Assembly (NCBI GenBank): GCA_014860565.1
Contig: JACZJN010000068.1
Span: 122,447-186,446, forward strand
Length of the DNA stretch: 64,000 bases
Source: Bacteroidota bacterium
GTDB lineage: Bacteria > Bacteroidota > Ignavibacteria > SZUA-365
Reading direction: 5' to 3'
The notes below the pieces were generated by a model that was not told the origin of the DNA, did not search any database, and saw only the letters and a program-made list of their open reading frames with translations. Below are positions 58,881 through 64,000 of the stretch, one piece after another; position 1 is the stretch's first letter; every line of letters starts with the position of its first letter. The position numbers and the translations under genes are program-made.

Positions 58881-59171
58881 TTACACCGTCTGTGGACGGC
58901 GATGCGACCAGAAATATCCACCGTACAGCACGGACTCGAAAAGTGTCACGAGGATGAGGGAAATCGTATCGGCGTCGAGCCAGAGACCGAAGCCCTTTTC
59001 CGGGAAGAAAAAATGCACGATGAAGCCGGCCATTGTCCATCCGACCGAGAAAATGATGCCGACGAAAGCGACGGACATGAAGGCATCCGCGAGCTTGTGA
59101 TCGACATATCCGCGTGCGAACGCATAGGCCGCGGCAACGATGTGGAGATAGAAAATAAATGATGCAATCAT
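58881..59171 (-). CDS. Small three-helix membrane hypothetical protein
   Basis: 96 aa with three hydrophobic segments; starts 2 nt after the upstream glycosyl-1-phosphate transferase stop. Confidence 0.7.
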   Translation of the reverse strand: MIASFIFYLHIVAAAYAFARGYVDHKLADAFMSVAFVGIIFSVGWTMAGFIVHFFFPEKGFGLWLDADTISLILVTLFESVLYGGYFWSHRRPQTV

Positions 59172-59173
59172 GG

Positions 59174-60586
59174 TCAGTATGCGTCTTTTCCAAAAAGAAT
59201 GGCGTAAAGGGTCTTGAAGATGATGCGGATGTCCAGCTTCAGCGACCAGTTTTCAATATAAAACAAATCGTACTTTGTCCGCTCCGCAATCGGCACCTCG
59301 CCTCGTAATCCGTTGACTTGCGCCCACCCCGTGAGGCCGGTCTTCAGGCGGTGGCGTTCAAGATATTTCGGGACATAATTCCGGAACTGATCGACAAACT
59401 CCGGGCGCTCAGGACGCGGTCCCACGACGCTCATCTCTCCGCGCAGCACGTTGATGAACTGCGGGATCTCATCCAGAGAAAGACGGCGCAGCACTTTGCC
59501 GATACGTGTGACGCGCGGGTCGTCCCGTTTCGTCCATGTGGGTCCGGTTGCACGCTCAGCATCCACACGCATGGTTCGGAATTTATACAGATCAAACTCA
59601 TCTCCCTCGAGTCCGACGCGCCGTTGGGTGTACATCACAGGCGATCCCGACTCGATACGGATCAGCACCATGATCACAGCGGCAAAAGGAGCGAACAGAA
59701 TCAGGACCAGCAGGCTGAACACGATGTCGAAACTTCGTTTGGCGATGCGTGACCAGGTCGACATCGGGATATCTTTTACACCGATCAGATGTGTGTTGAA
59801 CACCTCTTCGACCCGCAGGCGGGCGGGCGTGATGCCGATGACTTCGGGCTGCAGCAGAATCTGCACGCTCTTCCCTTCCATAAGGGAAAACAGCGTCGCA
59901 AGCTTGTCCTTTTCTTCCGCGGCGATACACACGATAATGGTCTCGATGCGATGTTCCTCCGCCACCGCCGGAAGATCTTCCAGCGTGCCGAGCCGCTGAC
60001 TGACGACGCTTTCTATGCGCTGGTCCGGCTCTGAAATGTACCCGACCAGCCGATAGCCCAGGACCGGCTGATGCGTAATGCGCAGCGCCAGATCCTGCGC
60101 GAGATGGTTGGTTCCCACGATGAGAACATTCCGCAGTTCCTTCCCCTTTCGGTACAGATGTTTCTCATAGGCCAGCACCAGCATGCGTCCGATGAAAATC
60201 AGCACAACCGCGAGCACCCAGATAAATACGAATACGATGCGGGAATAGGAGAAAGCGCGGTAGAAGAACGTGAGTCCCAACACGATCAGCATGCCGAAAC
60301 TGACCTGTCGGATGATATGGAAAAACTCCAGGCTCAGATCGACGTCACGTCGGGTACGGTAGACCTTTCTTCGGCTGAACAGAAACACCCAGACAGGCGC
60401 GATGCAGACGGCACCGACGAGATAGGCCATGAGCGGGGGAAAGCCCTTTGTCACCGGCACCCAGCTTGCGACGAAACTCTCGAAACGGAGAATGTAGCTG
60501 AGGTAAAAAGATGCAACGATGGCGACGACGTCAGAAATGACGGCCAGCAGCGGAATCAGCAGATCGTTGCGACGTGGTTTCGCCAT
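59174..60586 (-). CDS. Undecaprenyl-phosphate glycosyl-1-phosphate transferase (WcaJ-like)
   Basis: N-terminal TM bundle, IVGTN, KRSFDIV, KFRTM, DPRVTRIG, SLDEIPQFINVLRGEMSVVGPRPE, GLTGWAQVNG, DLFYIENWS. Confidence 0.92.
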   Translation of the reverse strand: MAKPRRNDLLIPLLAVISDVVAIVASFYLSYILRFESFVASWVPVTKGFPPLMAYLVGAVCIAPVWVFLFSRRKVYRTRRDVDLSLEFFHIIRQVSFGMLIVLGLTFFYRAFSYSRIVFVFIWVLAVVLIFIGRMLVLAYEKHLYRKGKELRNVLIVGTNHLAQDLALRITHQPVLGYRLVGYISEPDQRIESVVSQRLGTLEDLPAVAEEHRIETIIVCIAAEEKDKLATLFSLMEGKSVQILLQPEVIGITPARLRVEEVFNTHLIGVKDIPMSTWSRIAKRSFDIVFSLLVLILFAPFAAVIMVLIRIESGSPVMYTQRRVGLEGDEFDLYKFRTMRVDAERATGPTWTKRDDPRVTRIGKVLRRLSLDEIPQFINVLRGEMSVVGPRPERPEFVDQFRNYVPKYLERHRLKTGLTGWAQVNGLRGEVPIAERTKYDLFYIENWSLKLDIRIIFKTLYAILFGKDAY

Positions 60587-60599
60587 GACTCGCCGGAAC

Positions 60600-62837
60600 T
60601 CAGAATTCGACGCGCAGATTCACCGTGGGGAGAATGGGCAGCATATCGATACGCTCGCCTGTCGTGCGGTCATAATAGAACATGTTGTTGCGGTCGTACA
60701 CGTTGAGCACGCTGACCTCGGCCACGAGGCGCACCCACTCGAACTGGAAGGCCTTTGAAGCGCTCACGTCCATACGATGGTACGCCGGGAGTCGACCGGT
60801 ATTCTTCGACCCGAGCATCGTGTAGGGCTGTCCGGCTTCTCCGATGTAACCGCTGCCGTCAAACAGTCCGTTGAAAAACAGGCGGTCGTAGAAACCGGTG
60901 ATCTGCGAGAACGGCAATCCAGACCCGTATTCCCAGCGCACGTTGATATCCCAACCCTCGGCGGGCTTCCACCCTACGATGATGTTGAAACTGTGGCGGC
61001 GATCGTAGCGAGGACTGTACGTGAAGTCGCCTACCGTGCGTTCAGTGTAGCTGAGCGAATACGATATCAGGCCGTAGTACCGCGGATGTTTCTCCTCGAT
61101 AAAGGCCTCGAACCCGTAGCTGCGCCCTTCCGCGCGCACGAAATCCGGATCTTTGGAATCTACTTTGTCGCGGTTATACTCGACCAGGTTCCGCATATCC
61201 TTGAAATAGCCCTGCAGATTGAAGTTCAGTCCCGGAACCCAGCCCACATCCCCATCGACGCCGATGATGTAGTGGTCGGCTTCCTGCGAAGGCTGGTCGT
61301 CAAGAATCGGGATCCAGGTCTCGAACAGCGACACGACGTCGTCTTCATTCGTGATGGTCACGAGCCGCTGATGCACGCGAGCGTAGGAGGCCTTGAACGA
61401 CAGGGCCTTCGATACGTCATATCCCAGACCGATACGCGGTTCGAATGCGTCGGCACTGTTCGGGGAAAGCACGGAAAAAATATCAGAGCGAATGCCGAGT
61501 TCGAGCGAAAAGGGACGGAACTGCTTGAGCTTGTACTTGAACCAGATGCCGGTCTCGCTGTTTTTTCGCGACTCGTCGCGTTTGTAGTTCGCGGAATTGA
61601 CGAAGGCGAAATGGTACTCCGGCAGACGGAACATGAAGCCGGCACCGTACTGATCACCGTTGTCACGGAAGTACGTGACGGCACCGTTAAAGTACACGTC
61701 GTTGACTTCCGAGAGCCGTGGATTGATGAGCGAATTCGCCCGGGGCTTCAGTTCGCCCTTGAAATTGCTGAAGCTGAACGTGGTCTCGATGAGATACTTA
61801 TTCTCGAGCACCTGGAACCAGCTCATGCCGTAGGCGGCATTGCTCCACTGATACTCCGGATCAAAATCCGAATCCGAGCGGATGTTGTCTCCGCTGAAAA
61901 GTGTATGCAGAGAGAGACGGCCACTCTCGCCGGTAGACACGTTGGCGCGTCCGATCACGTCATAGAAATCGAAGGGCGTCTGCTGGCGCACGAATTTCTG
62001 CAGTACCTCATCGAAGAAGCTCTTTCGTACGGAGAGCATCCACGAGCCGTCCCACGGAGTGGGTCCTTCCACCAGCGCCTTGCCACTCACCTGGCTTACG
62101 CTCAGCTTGCCTGAGAAGCGGTTTTTGTTACCCTCGCGGGTACGGATGTTGATCACCGAGGAGAGACGGTTGCCCCACTGTGCGGGGAAGCCACCCTTGA
62201 GAATCTCGGCTTCCTTGATCGCATCGGCGTCGAAGATGGAGAAGATGCCCAAAGCATGGAAGGGATTGTAAATCGTCATGCCGTCGAGGATGATCAGGTT
62301 CTGATCTCCGCCTCCCCCGCGCACATAGAATTGGCTGCTTACGTCGCTCGTGGCGACCACGCCGGGGAGAACCGCAATCGTGCGAAAGAGATCGGCCTCG
62401 ACGGCCTTGGGAACGATGGAGATTTCCGCGGCGGAAATCGGCTGCGTGCTGATTTCCGTGTCGTAGCGGACGCGGCGCTCGGCCGTGGTTTCGACCACAT
62501 CCATTTCGAGCACCGCCGGGGACATCTGGAAATTCAGGGTCACGATTTTCCCCGGCACGACTTCAAATTCCCTTACCTGCTGTCCGTAGCCGATTAGCGT
62601 CGCGCGCACGCTGTGCTTCCCGGCAGGAATGTTTCCGATGAAATAGAAGCCGTTGCCGTCGGTGGCGGCGCCGATGCCCTGCGCGGTGATGTAGACGTTT
62701 ACGAGTGACAGACGTTCCCCGGTCAGGGAATCCGTCACGACGCCACGAACTCCGCCGCTTGTCTGGGCATGCCCGGTAAAAACGCTGGAAGAAAGCAGGA
62801 CGGCAATAAAAAAGCAGGCGGTCGCGAAACGCTTCAT
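60600..62837 (-). CDS. TonB-dependent receptor with N-terminal carboxypeptidase-regulatory-like domain
   Basis: GAATDGNGFYFI, LPGV...SSQFYVRGGGGDQNLIILDG, KGGFPAQWGNRLSSV, terminal LPTVNLRVEF. Confidence 0.88.
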   Translation of the reverse strand: MKRFATACFFIAVLLSSSVFTGHAQTSGGVRGVVTDSLTGERLSLVNVYITAQGIGAATDGNGFYFIGNIPAGKHSVRATLIGYGQQVREFEVVPGKIVTLNFQMSPAVLEMDVVETTAERRVRYDTEISTQPISAAEISIVPKAVEADLFRTIAVLPGVVATSDVSSQFYVRGGGGDQNLIILDGMTIYNPFHALGIFSIFDADAIKEAEILKGGFPAQWGNRLSSVINIRTREGNKNRFSGKLSVSQVSGKALVEGPTPWDGSWMLSVRKSFFDEVLQKFVRQQTPFDFYDVIGRANVSTGESGRLSLHTLFSGDNIRSDSDFDPEYQWSNAAYGMSWFQVLENKYLIETTFSFSNFKGELKPRANSLINPRLSEVNDVYFNGAVTYFRDNGDQYGAGFMFRLPEYHFAFVNSANYKRDESRKNSETGIWFKYKLKQFRPFSLELGIRSDIFSVLSPNSADAFEPRIGLGYDVSKALSFKASYARVHQRLVTITNEDDVVSLFETWIPILDDQPSQEADHYIIGVDGDVGWVPGLNFNLQGYFKDMRNLVEYNRDKVDSKDPDFVRAEGRSYGFEAFIEEKHPRYYGLISYSLSYTERTVGDFTYSPRYDRRHSFNIIVGWKPAEGWDINVRWEYGSGLPFSQITGFYDRLFFNGLFDGSGYIGEAGQPYTMLGSKNTGRLPAYHRMDVSASKAFQFEWVRLVAEVSVLNVYDRNNMFYYDRTTGERIDMLPILPTVNLRVEF

Positions 62838-62937
62838 AAGCTCTGGTCGATTTTACGGAAATGGAAAAGACAGCGCGGAGAAAAGAAAAGCGAAATATCG
62901 TACCTTGGGATCGGAGCCATTCTCAGACGCTGACCCT

Positions 62938-63999
62938 ATGCACTTTCAATTCGACCGGGACCATATTGCGTTTTTTTCCTCAGGCCGTGCCACCGAAATT
63001 CGTGCGGAATATCGGAGACAGACTGAAAAATACGCCGATTCGCTCAGAATACAAACGGCGATCAGGTCACTCTGGAGCGACCTCCCGCCGTCGCTGATCG
63101 CCGCTTGCATGGAGCAGTTTTCGCTGCAGCATCGCGGGAACGTGAAATGCGCACTGCCGCCTGACTCCCTCTACACCGGTCCCGCACTCGAGATGGCCTC
63201 CTCTGCCGCTACAGCCCGTCTCCACGCTTCCCTTCTCGCCACGGCACTTCCTCCCGAAGGGGGACGCATTCTCGAAATCGCCGCCGGCATCGGCGCCGAC
63301 AGCATACTGCTCACCCGTGTGGCGGATGCCCTCGTCTGCATAGAAGCCGATCCGCTGCACGCGCGTATGTTGCGCCACAATCTCGATGCGGCGCAGGCGC
63401 GCAATGCCATGGTGTTGCGCGGGTCGGCGGAAACACTGCTGCAGTCGTTGAAGCTGCATTGCTTCGACGCCGTCTTCGCCGATCCGGCGCGGCGCGAGGC
63501 CCCGGGGCGTGGTCGCACGCGACGCAGCGTGGAGATTGAAAATTATTCTCCCCCATTTTCCTTTTTTCAGAGCCTGCCCTTATCCCTCCCCATCCTTATC
63601 AAGATCGCTCCCGCGGCGGAGGTCCCGGGCGGCTGGGGCGTTGCGACGGTTGCCGCGGATGGCGAATGCAAGGAACAGCTGCTGCATCGCGGGATGGCCC
63701 TTCCCCCGCTCTGTGCCATCGACGCCGACAGCGGAGAACGGTGGACGCCGGGGGAATCCCGCGAGGCGATCGTGGTGCGCAACCCCGCATGGCTCATCGA
63801 GCCGCATGCGGCCATTATCCGCACGGGAGCCGTGGCGCAGTACTGCCGGGAACACCACTGCGAACCGATCGATCCGATGATCGCGTACGGGTGGTCCGAG
63901 AGCGAACCGCAGGTGTCGCCCTGGCATCGGCGCTTCCGCATCCTGCGCGTCGAAAAATATCACCGAAAGAACCTTCAGCGCGGTGTCGACGAATTCGGA
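62938..63999 (+). CDS. Class I SAM-dependent methyltransferase with THUMP-like C-terminus (3'-truncated; missing from the ORF track)
   Basis: Frame read by hand from ATG 62938, open to the window end. EMASS, ILEIAAGIGADS, FADPARR, IKIAP, GECKEQLL. Confidence 0.75.
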   Translation, partial: MHFQFDRDHIAFFSSGRATEIRAEYRRQTEKYADSLRIQTAIRSLWSDLPPSLIAACMEQFSLQHRGNVKCALPPDSLYTGPALEMASSAATARLHASLLATALPPEGGRILEIAAGIGADSILLTRVADALVCIEADPLHARMLRHNLDAAQARNAMVLRGSAETLLQSLKLHCFDAVFADPARREAPGRGRTRRSVEIENYSPPFSFFQSLPLSLPILIKIAPAAEVPGGWGVATVAADGECKEQLLHRGMALPPLCAIDADSGERWTPGESREAIVVRNPAWLIEPHAAIIRTGAVAQYCREHHCEPIDPMIAYGWSESEPQVSPWHRRFRILRVEKYHRKNLQRGVDEFG

Positions 64000-64000
64000 T

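Overview
A 64-kb core-genome window from an FCB-superphylum bacterium. It looks Ignavibacteria/Kapabacteria-like, inferred from PorV, PorX, a T9SS C-terminal domain, GWxTD and DUF6029/DUF6588-type genes, high GC, and E. coli-type TTGACA-N17-TAnnnT promoters. It holds about 50 CDSs. These cover replication (dnaN-recF-dciA-mnmE-gyrB, with no dnaA), cofactor and cell-envelope metabolism (folE, asd, pdxA, nadC, panCD, accD, truncated glmU, wcaJ-like), tRNA/rRNA modification (tsaE, tsaB, rlmN, mnmE) and many outer-membrane proteins (three TonB-dependent receptors, two Omp85-like barrels, a 1446-aa T9SS cargo). I found no rRNA, tRNA, CRISPR array or mobile element. The best candidate for a new system is at 4064-7431. 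There a His-rich, membrane-anchored upstream ORF ending in the RAPP ribosome-arrest motif (DUF2946/CruR-like, but with the CxxC degenerated) precedes a His-containing lipoprotein and a ZnuD-like TonB receptor. This suggests a metal-sensing (probably Zn, not Cu) translational-arrest attenuator. Other notable signals are a perfect FNR box at exact class II geometry upstream of the ctpA...nadC operon, two matching ECF-type promoters, an 8-tract G-rich repeat filling a convergent intergenic gap, a TBDR-PorV-NHL module and a metallopeptidase-propeller-Omp85 fusion. Family names come from motif recognition only; no database search was run.
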